From positions 128,001 to 192,000 of the forward strand of contig CAXXYE010000003.1 in the NCBI GenBank assembly GCA_963674865.2: 64,000 nt of DNA, written 5' to 3'. Positions 31,936 through 42,069 of this stretch are shown one piece after another (positions within the stretch are counted from its first letter, which is position 1; each line of letters starts with the position of its first letter). Source of the DNA: Candidatus Hydrogenedentota bacterium. Its GTDB lineage: Bacteria > Hydrogenedentota > Hydrogenedentia > Hydrogenedentales > SLHB01. Position numbers and translations under genes: made by a program. The notes beneath the pieces are model-generated. The model was not told the DNA's origin. It made no database searches and saw nothing but the letters and a program-made list of their open reading frames with translations.

Positions 31936-32814
31936 TCACTGAACGCGTTCCAGGCCCATCGGAACGGCATTCACCACGGAAACGCTCTCTCCGTCAAACG
32001 CGGCGGCGGCGGCCAGTGCTTCCTGTTTGGAGGCGCACAGGCCGAAGATTGTGGGGCCGCTGCCGCTCATGGCTGCGGCGCAGCAGCCCGCCTCGATGAG
32101 CCGTTGCTTTGCCGCCGCGAGATGAGGCTGTTCGTCGAACACGACCTCTTCCATTCGATTGAAGACTACCCCGGGAAGATCGCCTCGCTGAAGCGCGGCA
32201 ATCGCCCGCCGAAACGAGGCCGTTCTTCCCGCAAACGACTTTTCTCCGCTGAGGCGCAGCTTGGGGCTGTTATAGACCCGGCTCGCACTGACGGCCATGG
32301 GAGGATGCAGCAGTACGGCCCACGCGGCCGGGACATCGGCGAGAGGCGTCAGCTGCTCTCCGCGCCCCCCGGCCGCCATCGTGCCTCCGATCATGCAATA
32401 GGGCACGTCCGATCCGAGTTCGAGAGCCAAACGTTGAAGTTCGGCCAGCGTCAAGCCCAAGTCCCACAAATGGTTCAGCGCGAGGAGCGTGGCCGCGGCG
32501 TTCCCCGAACCTCCCGCGAGGCCCGCCGCGATGGGTATCTTCTTCTCGAGATGGATGCGGGCGCCTTGGGAGCAATCCGTCTTGCGCTGGAGCAGCGTCG
32601 CGGCTCGATGGACGAGGTTCGCCTCGCCCGAGTCAAGCTCCGAAGTCGAACATGTCAGAGCGATCCCGCTGGCCCGCTCCGTGAAATGGAGTTCGTCGGC
32701 CAACCCGACGCTCTGGAATATCGTCTCAATCGCATGATATCCATCGCGTCGCCGCCGCAGGACCTCAAGGTAGAGGTTAATCTTGGCGTATGATCGGTAA
32801 AGAATGCTTACCAC
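31936..32814 (-). CDS. ispE: 4-diphosphocytidyl-2C-methyl-D-erythritol kinase
   Basis: AKINLYL, KKIPIAAGLAGGSGNAA, LGSDVP, MSGSGPT. Confidence 0.96.
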   Translation of the reverse strand: MVSILYRSYAKINLYLEVLRRRRDGYHAIETIFQSVGLADELHFTERASGIALTCSTSELDSGEANLVHRAATLLQRKTDCSQGARIHLEKKIPIAAGLAGGSGNAAATLLALNHLWDLGLTLAELQRLALELGSDVPYCMIGGTMAAGGRGEQLTPLADVPAAWAVLLHPPMAVSASRVYNSPKLRLSGEKSFAGRTASFRRAIAALQRGDLPGVVFNRMEEVVFDEQPHLAAAKQRLIEAGCCAAAMSGSGPTIFGLCASKQEALAAAAAFDGESVSVVNAVPMGLERVQ

Positions 32815-32914
32815 GTTTCTCTTGACCCTATCCTATCCGCTCTCGGACTCGTCTCTCCGCTACGGAAGCTCATGCGGTGCGTATCGCCGAGCTCTCCGGC
32901 CTCTTAGACAGAGC

Positions 32915-35122
32915 CTAGTTTCGCTCGAAGACAAGCTCAAAATCCCCAGGGGACCCTGCGGCTATATCCATCGAACAGAGCTGATCACCCTCCTTCGTGC
33001 GTAACCGGCACCCCTCCCACTGGGCGGAGCGAAGCGTCCAGGGCTTGGGCACGGCGAAGAAAAGCGTATGGCTCTGCTGGCTCTTTCCCCTGAACGAGCC
33101 GTAAAGCCGGGCTTTCTGTTCGTCCCAGGTGATGGTGTTGAGATTGTCCAGCAGAAGCGCGAGTCCGGTATTGGCGCCTAGCAGGCTGGGACAGGAGAGG
33201 ATGGGGGAAACTCCAAAGACGGCAAGCGTGTCCGTCATCGGTACGGGCCCTTGTCCTAGGTCTTCGAACTGCCCTTTGTTGACGCGCCAGATGCGAGTCA
33301 GCGCATCGCCGTCGATCTCCAGGTCGCTCATTCCCCATTCAGCCGCCCCGGGGAATGCAATGACGGAATTCCCTCGGCACGCGCCATCCTCGCCATGCAC
33401 ACTGATCTGCCATATGTGCGGGGCCCTCCGGAAGGTATCCAGGGGTCTGCCTGCGAGCCGTGCCGGAGGAAACTGCTTTAATGCCTCCCGATGCGATGCC
33501 TTGGGCTTCCCGAGGAGTTCGATGGGGCCGCCGAAAAAGCGCCAGACAATCGGCAAGTTGGGGTCGATTCCCTTCGTGCGGTCTAGGTCAAGACTCACCG
33601 GCGCCGTGGTTAAGCCATATCCCTTCATGCGGCTGGTGCAGCTTGCCGCTTCAAGCCAGGGCTCCAAGCGCCCGTCCATTGTCGCCGCGCTTGCCGGGAG
33701 CACAGGCAGCCCCCCCGAGGCCGCTGCCATGAGCTTGAAGGCAAGCGTGTCCGCCTCCTGCCTGGTCATCTGGAACTCCTGGAGCACCGGGTCCGGGATC
33801 TGCGAGGACTCCACGACGAAGAAGCGAAATCCCCAATCCACGAGTTTTTTCAGGCGCCCGAGGACATGTTCCCTTGCCTCGGACGAAGACAGGTTAACCC
33901 ACGATTGGCCGTCCGGGCCCTTGGCCACCCACCCGGCCTTACCCCCCTCTGCCGCCAAGGGATCGACGGATAGCCCCGGCGTCATGCCCAGAATCTGGAT
34001 TTCGGACGCCACCTTGCGCATCTCCCGCGGATACGCGGGGGCGGCCCCCTGCAAAGATCCCGGCCTTCCTTCCCAACCTCGCGGCACCAATACTCCTTGT
34101 ACTCCCGAGCCCGCCCATGCGCGCGCGGCCGCATACAGCTCCTCCGCCGAGGCACCGGCCCGGGCGGAAACCCACGTTTCGGGGACGGACTCGACAGCAG
34201 GAGGCGCTACCAGCTTGCTGAAGGCCCATGCATAATAGAGGTCCATTCGGGCAGGTTGCCGTGTCCCAAACGAGACCCAAACAGGATCCGCCGCCAACGA
34301 CGCTCCAGGAGCCACTTCGACCGGGGGGCTGAACACCGACGCGGCCTCGCCCTGCCATGCGTCTCCATCCGGCGCAAACCAAAGGCCCGAAGTCGCCTTC
34401 CCGTGAGGCAAGAGGCCCAGGCCCAGCGCGAATCCTCGATCCGGATCCGAGAAGAACGCCACGAGTGACGACGCCCGTGTGTCGAAGATCGGATATCCCC
34501 CCCGCATAGTGAGGCGGCGGACATTCGATTCCGAAGCCATGCTCCAATCGTCCATGCAACCGGGACCGATCACGGCCGAGTTGATGCGGCTGATTTTCAG
34601 CGGCTCCGTCCCCGTATTGCGGACTTCCACCTCGACGATAACAAACGGGTAGTTCTTGATGACCGTAACCGCCTGTGTCAGCGCCAGCCCGCGCTTGTGG
34701 CTCAATTCGACGGAGAAGCGTGTCGCTTTGCCCAATGCCGAGTCGACCGTCGTCCGATCCGTTCCCGTTTTCGTGCCGTCGGTGAGTAGAACTTGCGTGC
34801 CGTCGGTGAAGTGTACCGCCGCGCCCACCTTATCCAGAACCATCCCCTGTCCGGCGACTTCAACGCCCCATTCGCCGTTGGCCGCGGCGTGCATGAGCTT
34901 CGCTTCCCCGACGCCGTACTCGTAATGATCTCGGAGCGCCCACGGCATATCTCGCTCAGAGGCGGCGGCTATCCCGGCCAGGGCGGCGCTTAGGAATAGC
35001 ACGGAGCCCAAGAGCGAGTAGACCGGTATGTATCTCCCGCTCCTCTGGGCGCAAAACCCCCGCACATATGTCAGGCGGTTACCCACACGGGACAGCCCAT
35101 CAGCCCCCTGTCCAACCTTCAA
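32915..35122 (-). CDS. Secreted GH36 alpha-galactosidase-like protein with degenerate catalytic motifs
   Basis: YPREMRKVASEIQILGMTPGL and WVNLSSSEAREHV...DWGFRFF resemble GH36 barrel segments; hydrophobic signal-like stretch; start uncertain. Confidence 0.55.
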   Translation of the reverse strand: MKVGQGADGLSRVGNRLTYVRGFCAQRSGRYIPVYSLLGSVLFLSAALAGIAAASERDMPWALRDHYEYGVGEAKLMHAAANGEWGVEVAGQGMVLDKVGAAVHFTDGTQVLLTDGTKTGTDRTTVDSALGKATRFSVELSHKRGLALTQAVTVIKNYPFVIVEVEVRNTGTEPLKISRINSAVIGPGCMDDWSMASESNVRRLTMRGGYPIFDTRASSLVAFFSDPDRGFALGLGLLPHGKATSGLWFAPDGDAWQGEAASVFSPPVEVAPGASLAADPVWVSFGTRQPARMDLYYAWAFSKLVAPPAVESVPETWVSARAGASAEELYAAARAWAGSGVQGVLVPRGWEGRPGSLQGAAPAYPREMRKVASEIQILGMTPGLSVDPLAAEGGKAGWVAKGPDGQSWVNLSSSEAREHVLGRLKKLVDWGFRFFVVESSQIPDPVLQEFQMTRQEADTLAFKLMAAASGGLPVLPASAATMDGRLEPWLEAASCTSRMKGYGLTTAPVSLDLDRTKGIDPNLPIVWRFFGGPIELLGKPKASHREALKQFPPARLAGRPLDTFRRAPHIWQISVHGEDGACRGNSVIAFPGAAEWGMSDLEIDGDALTRIWRVNKGQFEDLGQGPVPMTDTLAVFGVSPILSCPSLLGANTGLALLLDNLNTITWDEQKARLYGSFRGKSQQSHTLFFAVPKPWTLRSAQWEGCRLRTKEGDQLCSMDIAAGSPGDFELVFERN

Positions 35123-35441
35123 CGTGGCATTCTCCTTGTCTGCGTAAAACCTTGCCGTGCGGCCAATTATGCCGACGCCCGGACCTGTTCTCAGGCAGGC
35201 TAGGCCCGTTCGCTCGCAAAGACTGCGACCGCCTGACCCTGCGCGGATTATACACTAAAGGGGAAGCTTCCAGAAGCGCGTCAAACGCCCCAACCGCTGA
35301 GTGGCTCGGAGGTGCTTCATACGCGGTGCCTTGGACCTCCTCTGTTTTCTGGCAGTCTCCCGGCCGAGTGGATAAGGCCCGCTCATCTCACACTTATAAC
35401 AGCCTGGCGCGCAGTGTAGCGAGCAACTCCGCCACCGCGAG

Positions 35442-36185
35442 CTACGACGGTGAGCCCCTGCGGCCCAGCGCGGCCCGAAACAAGCTGCGGTAGATGCGGT
35501 AGGAGTCCCTCAGGGCGCCGAAATGGGACGAGCTGTTGCCGGTTTCGTAGATGGTCTGTATCGGCACGGGAACGACCTTGTACGGCCCACGGACTGCCAG
35601 TACCACAATCTCCATCTCCGTCTCGTAACGCCCCCCGGGGATGACGCGGAGGACCTCCTCTAGGAACCTTCGTGAGTGTAGGCGGTAGCCGGATTGTGTG
35701 TCCGGAACTTCTTGCCCCAGAAGAAGATGCGTGATAGTGCGGGTGAGTTTGTTGCCGACGCGGCTTCGTAGCGGGACATTGCGCTCGTCGAAGACGCGCG
35801 AGCCTATCACCAGGTCGGCCTCTTCCTCGCGAAAGGCCTGAAAGAGCCTCGGAAGCTCGGTGGGGTCATGCTGCCCGTCCGCATCGATTATGGCCACGCA
35901 GGTTACGGAAGGAATGTCCAGTGCGGCGCGGAAGCCAGCCAACATCGCATGGCCCTTGCCCCTATTCTCGGGAAAAGCGACCACCCTTGCAGCCGTGTCC
36001 GCCAGCGCCTCGACGGCGCCATCCGTGCTGCCGTCGTCCACAACAATAACGTGCTCCAGTTGCTGCGCGAGGCCTTCGACAACGGGGCGGACCCGAAAGC
36101 CTGCGTTGTAACAGGGCACCACGGCTGCCAGCGAAGTGCCGGGCATTCCGCTATCCACGTGAGATGCCTTATCCATGCTCTCCAC
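35442..36185 (-). CDS. Glycosyltransferase family 2 (DPM1-like)
   Basis: VVPCYN, VVDDGSTD, NRGKG, DADGQH, DTQSGYR. Confidence 0.93.
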   Translation of the reverse strand: MESMDKASHVDSGMPGTSLAAVVPCYNAGFRVRPVVEGLAQQLEHVIVVDDGSTDGAVEALADTAARVVAFPENRGKGHAMLAGFRAALDIPSVTCVAIIDADGQHDPTELPRLFQAFREEEADLVIGSRVFDERNVPLRSRVGNKLTRTITHLLLGQEVPDTQSGYRLHSRRFLEEVLRVIPGGRYETEMEIVVLAVRGPYKVVPVPIQTIYETGNSSSHFGALRDSYRIYRSLFRAALGRRGSPS

Positions 36186-36421
36186 CGCTTCGGCCCACGG
36201 TTGACGAACGTATTAGACAGGAAAGGGCCTTGCCAATTCCAGGATGCGCTTGGTGGGCGCGTTGCCAATTGCGCCACACGACAAGTCATCGAGAGCGAAT
36301 CCACGGCAGCCCTTCTGCCGGATAAGGAGGCCCCTCTTGCGCTCTCCGGGGGTGTTTGGTACGATGGCGCGGCCCCGAAGTGGTCTTGGCTCTTGCGGGC
36401 TGCACTTGGAGAACGGCATCA

Positions 36422-38356
36422 ATGCAGGGCAAAAACTCCGTCGCGCCGGGCCGAAGCGGACGGGCAGTCTGCGCGCTGCTCTTCCTCATTCTGTTCTATC
36501 TCTATGTCTGGCTGCGGATTGACCCCCGCCTGAGCTACCAGATTCAGGCCCCCCCTTTCTACCTTACCGGGCGTTTCTTCTCCCAACTGCTTCATACGCA
36601 GGTGGGCGGACTCTGTGAGTACGCCGCCGCATTCCTGGTGCAGTTCTGGCGTTTTGACTGGGCTGGGGCGCTCATTATCACCATTACGGCCTGGCTCATT
36701 GGGTGGAACGCGGGGGCGCTTATTTCCCGAATCCGCGGGAAGCAAGCGGTTCATCTGCCCTATGCCGCTGCCCTATTCGTGCTGTTTGCTCACCAGGACT
36801 ACGGCTACCCCTTCTCCATCACCGTGGGCGTACTGGCCGCCCTTCTTGCCGCAAACGCCTTCCTGCGGCTTGTGCCCCGGACTCCCCTTGTCAGGGCAGG
36901 CGCCTTCGTCGTGCTGTCGGGCCTTCTCTGCGCCGCCCTCGGCGGGCCTGCCGTTGTATTCGCTGGGGCATGTGCCATCGCCGAGTTTGCGGAACAGCCG
37001 CGAAAGTCCCGGGCGTGTCTCCTGGCCGTCTTCTACGTGCTCTTCGGCACTCTGACACCCTGGCTGCTGGCTGCTTGGACGTATGACGAGCCAACGTCCA
37101 CCACCTACGCCCGGCTCATTCCCAGAGAATGGAACGCCAGCCTATCCATCGGCGCCCTCACTCTTTACGCGTTTCTTCTCGCCGCGGCTCTCGCAGCGGT
37201 TCTTCTGAGAGGGCGTTGGGGGCCGGACAAGGCCGGGGCGCCGAAGGAAGGGCCTCGGGGGAAACTGGCCTTCCTGCTGCGCCCGGCGGCCTTCCTCGTT
37301 GTTCTTGCCGTGGTTGTTGTGGCGCGGTTTGACCACGACGAGAGGGGCCTCATACGTATGGATTACCTGGCCCGCCATGAGATGTGGCCCGAGTTTTTGG
37401 ACTATGTCCGCGGCCATCAATCGAATCCCGTGTTCAATGTCCTGGACCTTGGGATACAGCACCAGACGATACTCGTCATCAATGATACTGATCGTGCTCT
37501 GTTCCATACGGGACGCCTGCCCTATGACATGTTCTCCTATCCGCAGCTTGGCAAAGCCCCGACACTCACGCTCTTCGATCGCGACTTCTGCGCCAAGCAC
37601 AGGCAGGCGCATCTTCGCAGGGCCGAGCTGCTCTTCGAGTTAGGGCGGATTAACGAAGCGGAGCACATGGCCCACGAGGCGTGGGAATACTTCGGCGATC
37701 GCCCGGGAATCTTCCGCCGGATAGTGCTCGTCAACATACTGAAGGAGCGCTACGATGCGGCCCACACGTATCTCAACCTCCTGAGTACCATGTTGTTCGA
37801 GCGCGACTGGGCCGCCTATTACCTTCGTGCCCTCGACGACAATCTGATCCTGTCATCCGACCCAGTGCTCCAGTGGGGACGGGCCGTCATGTTGCAGAGC
37901 GACTTCGTCGGCACGACGGCCTTCGGATTCGAGGACGCGATGCTTACCCGTTTGCTGCGCGACCACAGGCACAACAAGATGGCGTTTGAGTACCTCATGG
38001 CCCACTATCTGCTGGCGGACGAACCAGCCAAGGTTGTGGCCAACCTGGGAGGCTTGGACGCATTCAACTATCCGGATATCCCGCGACACTACGAAGAGGC
38101 GGCCCTGGCCTATATGGCCGAGAGCGGCGTGGCCAACATCAATCTGTTCGGGCGGACGATAAGACCGGAGACTTTGGAGCGTTTCCGCCGATTTGAGTCC
38201 TTGCGCGTCCAGTATGGACAAGATTTGGGCCGATTGTGGGACGCCACTGTAGCCGAGTTCGGGAATACTTTCTGGTTTTACCGCGTATTCGGAATTACAG
38301 GCTTCGGCAAGGAAACCAAACCTGGCCCTTACGACATAGTGACGGGAGCGTCGTGA
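36422..38356 (+). CDS. Polytopic membrane protein with TPR-like C-terminal domain (DUF6057-like)
   Basis: About 9 TM segments, GGLCEYAAAFLVQF, NKMAFEYLMAHYLL, IPRHYEEA, FGNTFWFY; family name recalled, not searched. Confidence 0.7.
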   Translation: MQGKNSVAPGRSGRAVCALLFLILFYLYVWLRIDPRLSYQIQAPPFYLTGRFFSQLLHTQVGGLCEYAAAFLVQFWRFDWAGALIITITAWLIGWNAGALISRIRGKQAVHLPYAAALFVLFAHQDYGYPFSITVGVLAALLAANAFLRLVPRTPLVRAGAFVVLSGLLCAALGGPAVVFAGACAIAEFAEQPRKSRACLLAVFYVLFGTLTPWLLAAWTYDEPTSTTYARLIPREWNASLSIGALTLYAFLLAAALAAVLLRGRWGPDKAGAPKEGPRGKLAFLLRPAAFLVVLAVVVVARFDHDERGLIRMDYLARHEMWPEFLDYVRGHQSNPVFNVLDLGIQHQTILVINDTDRALFHTGRLPYDMFSYPQLGKAPTLTLFDRDFCAKHRQAHLRRAELLFELGRINEAEHMAHEAWEYFGDRPGIFRRIVLVNILKERYDAAHTYLNLLSTMLFERDWAAYYLRALDDNLILSSDPVLQWGRAVMLQSDFVGTTAFGFEDAMLTRLLRDHRHNKMAFEYLMAHYLLADEPAKVVANLGGLDAFNYPDIPRHYEEAALAYMAESGVANINLFGRTIRPETLERFRRFESLRVQYGQDLGRLWDATVAEFGNTFWFYRVFGITGFGKETKPGPYDIVTGAS

Positions 38357-39978
38357 TGAAAAGACTGGCTTTTGTGGCTGCCAGTTCCCTGGTTGTCGCC
38401 TCCGTTGTTGCGCTTGTTCTGCACCACACTCTCGCGCTGCAGGCACTCGGCGAGGCTAGTGCTGAATCGGTGGAGCACCCTCCCCATATTCGACCGGATT
38501 TCGCAGATATCGTTATCCCTCCGAACATAGCCCCCCTGAACTTTCGGGTCGAGGAACCCGGGGAGGCGTACCTGGTTCGACTCGCTTCCGCCCGCGGCGA
38601 CGCCATTGAATTGACCTCAGATTCGCCGGATGTTCGAATCCCTATCGAGCAATGGCGGCGGCTCCTCAAAGAAAACGCGGGGGAAGCACTCAGTATCGAC
38701 ATAAGCGTCCGCCAAGAGGGCGGCGGATGGCGGCGCTTTGCGCCGATCACGAACACGATCGCTGCAGAACCCATTGACGGCTACCTGACCTATCGTCTCA
38801 TGAAGCCTTGGTACACGAAGTTCGGTTCGATGGCGATATTTCAGCGCAATCTCGCTAGTTTCGAGGAGCGACGGCTCATCGATACGGAAGTCCTCGGCCA
38901 CGGCTGCGTCAATTGCCACGCCTTCGTCTGGAATCAGCCCGAGACGATGACCTTGCACGTTCGCTTCCCTTTCGTGATGCTCTTGGCCCGCGACGGCAAG
39001 ATATCCCCCATTGAGACGCGCACGGAGTTTAACAAAGGGCCCTTCGCCTATCCCTCTTGGCATCCTAACGGCCGCATGGCCGCCTACTCCGTGAATAAGA
39101 TCCTTCAGGTGTTCCACACGTTCGGCGAAACGCGCGATGTGGTGGATTTCGCATCGGATATCGTCCTCTATATCGCCGATACGAACACCGTGACAACCAC
39201 CCCCGCCCTTTCCGACCCATACTACTTGGAGACCTTCCCAGCCTGGGCGCCCGATGGGAAGACGTTGTACTTCTGCAGTTCCCCGGCCACGCCCACCGAT
39301 GATTTCAAGCGTTTCCGTGAAGCCCGCTACGATCTCATGCGCGTTAGCTTTGATCCCGAAACGCTGACCTGGGGTGAACGTGAAACCGTGCTCCGGGCGG
39401 GCGATGTGGGCCTGAGCATGGCCACCCCTCGCGTATCGCCGGATGGGCGGTATATCCTGCTGTGCGTGAGCGACTACGGCACCTTCCCCATCTTCTTTCC
39501 CGGCAGCGATCTACGCCTACTGGATATCGAAACGGGTGTATTGCACGACATGGCGTGCAACAGCGACAAGACGGAATCGTGGCACGGATGGTCCGTCGAC
39601 AGCCGCTGGATCGTATTCACAAGCAAGCGCTACGACGGCCTCCTGGCGCGGCCGTACTTCAGTTACATAGACGACGAGGGAAATGCGAGCAAAGCCTTCG
39701 TTATGCCTCAGGAAGATCCCTCGTTCTACGACGATTTCGTCAAGACCTACAGCGTTCCCGAACTCACCGTCGGCCCCGTCGACTTCGACATGCGTGATTT
39801 AGCGGGAAAGATACAGGACGCGGGACTTGTGACGGCTGCCAACCTCGACCCCGCCGTACAAGCCCGCCAAGCCGCGGAGCCCCATCCCGACAAGCCGTTG
39901 TGGTCCGAAGCGCCACCGCGCGATGGGGCGCCCCCCGCCGATTCGGAGCCCTACGACGGTACTTCGCCCGTGAGTTGA
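38356..39978 (+). CDS. TolB-like (PD40 repeat) beta-propeller protein with CxxCH motif
   Basis: TGATG overlap; IPPNIAPLNF, GCVNCH, YPSWHPNG, FPAWAPDG, PRVSPDG, SWHGWSVDSRWIVF. Confidence 0.8.
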   Translation: MKRLAFVAASSLVVASVVALVLHHTLALQALGEASAESVEHPPHIRPDFADIVIPPNIAPLNFRVEEPGEAYLVRLASARGDAIELTSDSPDVRIPIEQWRRLLKENAGEALSIDISVRQEGGGWRRFAPITNTIAAEPIDGYLTYRLMKPWYTKFGSMAIFQRNLASFEERRLIDTEVLGHGCVNCHAFVWNQPETMTLHVRFPFVMLLARDGKISPIETRTEFNKGPFAYPSWHPNGRMAAYSVNKILQVFHTFGETRDVVDFASDIVLYIADTNTVTTTPALSDPYYLETFPAWAPDGKTLYFCSSPATPTDDFKRFREARYDLMRVSFDPETLTWGERETVLRAGDVGLSMATPRVSPDGRYILLCVSDYGTFPIFFPGSDLRLLDIETGVLHDMACNSDKTESWHGWSVDSRWIVFTSKRYDGLLARPYFSYIDDEGNASKAFVMPQEDPSFYDDFVKTYSVPELTVGPVDFDMRDLAGKIQDAGLVTAANLDPAVQARQAAEPHPDKPLWSEAPPRDGAPPADSEPYDGTSPVS

Positions 39979-40027
39979 TTCTCCGCCAGAGGGGACGGGG
40001 CTGAATGCTTATCGCAAGGCAGGTGTG

Positions 40028-40807
40028 CTACTTCTCGCGTACGACGCGCAAGCCCACGAAAAAGTCGCGGAAGTCGTCCAAACGGCCTCCACGATCGGCG
40101 GAGCGGCAGTACTCGCCGTCATTGTACCAGCACCCGCCTCGATCGACATGATAGCGTGAGCCGTCTGAGTTCAGGGGGTCAACTTGATCGGAGGATGGGT
40201 AGCGGCCGTAGTTGTCCTGACACCATTCGTAGACATTGCCTCCCATGTCGTAGAGGCCCCAGGGATTGGATTTCTTTCCGCCGACGGTGTGCGCCGCTCC
40301 CTCGCTGTTGTCGCGCGCCCAGGCGAAATCGCCGCTGAATCGCGCTCCCCAGTAGAATTCCGTCTTTGTGCCCGCGCGGCAAGCGTATTCCCACTCAGCC
40401 TCGGTGGGCAGCCGGTAGCGGGCTGAATCCTTCTCGGAGAGCCGTTTGCAGAACTCCTGGGCATCGTTCCAGGAAACGTTTTCCACCGGGCGATTGGGAT
40501 CCTTGAAATGGGCCGGATTGCTTCCCATCACGGCCTGCCACTGGGCCTGGGTGACCTCGTGTATCCCAAGGTAGAACGGCTTCGACAGGATAACCTCGTG
40601 AACCGGCTTCTCATCCGCGTTGCCCCTCTCGGAACCCATCGTAAAGGAGCCGGACGGGATAAGCCGGAACTGCATTCCCAGGTTGTTCGTCAGCGTTTGT
40701 TCGGGATTTGGGGGGGGGGCTTCTTCGTCAGGCGCTGCGGGCGCGATGGCCGCGAACACTATGGCAAACACGGCGCCAATGGCAATCGAGGGTCTGTTGT
40801 GAGGCAT
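40028..40807 (-). CDS. Secreted FGE-sulfatase (SUMF1/PvdO-like) domain protein
   Basis: Signal peptide, FTMGS, EVTQAQW, RLPTEAEWEYACRAG, NPWGLYDMGGNVYEW. Confidence 0.9.
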   Translation of the reverse strand: MPHNRPSIAIGAVFAIVFAAIAPAAPDEEAPPPNPEQTLTNNLGMQFRLIPSGSFTMGSERGNADEKPVHEVILSKPFYLGIHEVTQAQWQAVMGSNPAHFKDPNRPVENVSWNDAQEFCKRLSEKDSARYRLPTEAEWEYACRAGTKTEFYWGARFSGDFAWARDNSEGAAHTVGGKKSNPWGLYDMGGNVYEWCQDNYGRYPSSDQVDPLNSDGSRYHVDRGGCWYNDGEYCRSADRGGRLDDFRDFFVGLRVVREK

Positions 40808-40866
40808 GGCCTACCCTCATCGAATGGGCCGCGCGAATGTGCGCCGACCCGCCTCGTCCTTCCTGG

Positions 40867-42069
40867 CTACCGGGGCTCGAAGGCCACTTCTCCGTCCATC
40901 TCGAACAGAAGTTCTCCGCGGCATACATCCGCGACGACGCATACGGCGGGGAACGGCGCCAATCCGCGGGCCTCCGTTATTTTTCGATAGACCTCGGCGT
41001 CTTCAGGACGTTTCACAAATATAGTCGCTGCGCACACATTCCGCAATGTCCCGCCCACAGGTTCAAGCAGCGCGTCGACATTGTCGAATGTGCGCTCAAT
41101 TTGGCCGCGCATGTCATCGAGAAAGATGCTGACGCCCTTTTCATCGATCGCGGCCGTCCCGGACACCTGTACCTGGACAACGTCTTCCTCACGAATCAGA
41201 GCCCCCCGGCTGAAAGAGGAGCCGTATTGAAAAGCATCCTGTTGCCGAACATTCGTCATCTGGATGATCTCAGGACGGGCGTTCGGGGCATCGGCGCTGG
41301 CCAGCAAGTCCAATGCGCCCGCTGCGCCCAAGGGGAGATCCCCGCTGATGCCCGTGCTCGCGGGCAGAAGCAGCCGGCCGGTTTCGGGACTTGGACACAG
41401 CCCGAATTCGGCGTACTTGGCGCTGCGGGCCTTGTTGAACTCACCGTACCAATCCAAGATATTCGAAAGGTAAAACCATGTCCGGACGACATCGCGGTAC
41501 GAGAGTCCTTCCTGTTCAAGAATTCTCTCCGCGCGCGCAATCATCCGCTCGGCCTGGCGTGGCCGCGAATTATCCGCTTCCGAGCCTTCCTCCAAGCCAT
41601 GCAGATTCTGGACGATAACAAAGGAAGCGCCGTTGCGCCGCCATCCTCGCCCGCATGGGCGCTCACCATCACGGATCGTCCAGACCTTGTTGCCCTCTCC
41701 CGCCGTCGAGACGGCCCTGAGAATGGCTCCCGCGAAACCTTCGCCCCAGGCGGGGTGCCCCTGGATGTAAGTCAGCGAGCCCTCCGAATCAAGACCGCGG
41801 GCACCCAGGCTCCGCGCGCGCGCGTCTCTTATCACGCCCTGGGCGCTGAGGCTCCCGAAGAGCCGCTCGTGGACTACCTGCATATTCTCGCTGACGAGCA
41901 GGTCGGCCATTTGCTCGTAAGCTGCCGCCACAGACTTCGCCGGATCTGCGCAAGGCGCAGGATTTGCAACCAAATACATCTGCCCGTTGCCCGCCGGAGT
42001 GGCGCATACCGTGGCAGGTTCTCTCTGGTAAATTGTCGTACTGCCCATGCACTTCCCTTCCCCTGGCAC
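40867..42069 (-). CDS. Tandem Rid/YjgF (chorismatase FkbO/Hyg5-like) domain protein
   Basis: DVVRTWFYL, LPASTGI, FSRG, VSGTAAID, ADVCRGELLFEMDG. Confidence 0.8.
   Translation of the reverse strand: MPGEGKCMGSTTIYQREPATVCATPAGNGQMYLVANPAPCADPAKSVAAAYEQMADLLVSENMQVVHERLFGSLSAQGVIRDARARSLGARGLDSEGSLTYIQGHPAWGEGFAGAILRAVSTAGEGNKVWTIRDGERPCGRGWRRNGASFVIVQNLHGLEEGSEADNSRPRQAERMIARAERILEQEGLSYRDVVRTWFYLSNILDWYGEFNKARSAKYAEFGLCPSPETGRLLLPASTGISGDLPLGAAGALDLLASADAPNARPEIIQMTNVRQQDAFQYGSSFSRGALIREEDVVQVQVSGTAAIDEKGVSIFLDDMRGQIERTFDNVDALLEPVGGTLRNVCAATIFVKRPEDAEVYRKITEARGLAPFPAVCVVADVCRGELLFEMDGEVAFEPR

Noticed and set aside
40028..40200. DGR variable region at the end of the FGE/CLec-fold gene
   Set aside because: No template repeat, reverse transcriptase or downstream hairpin in the window; a remote DGR cannot be excluded.
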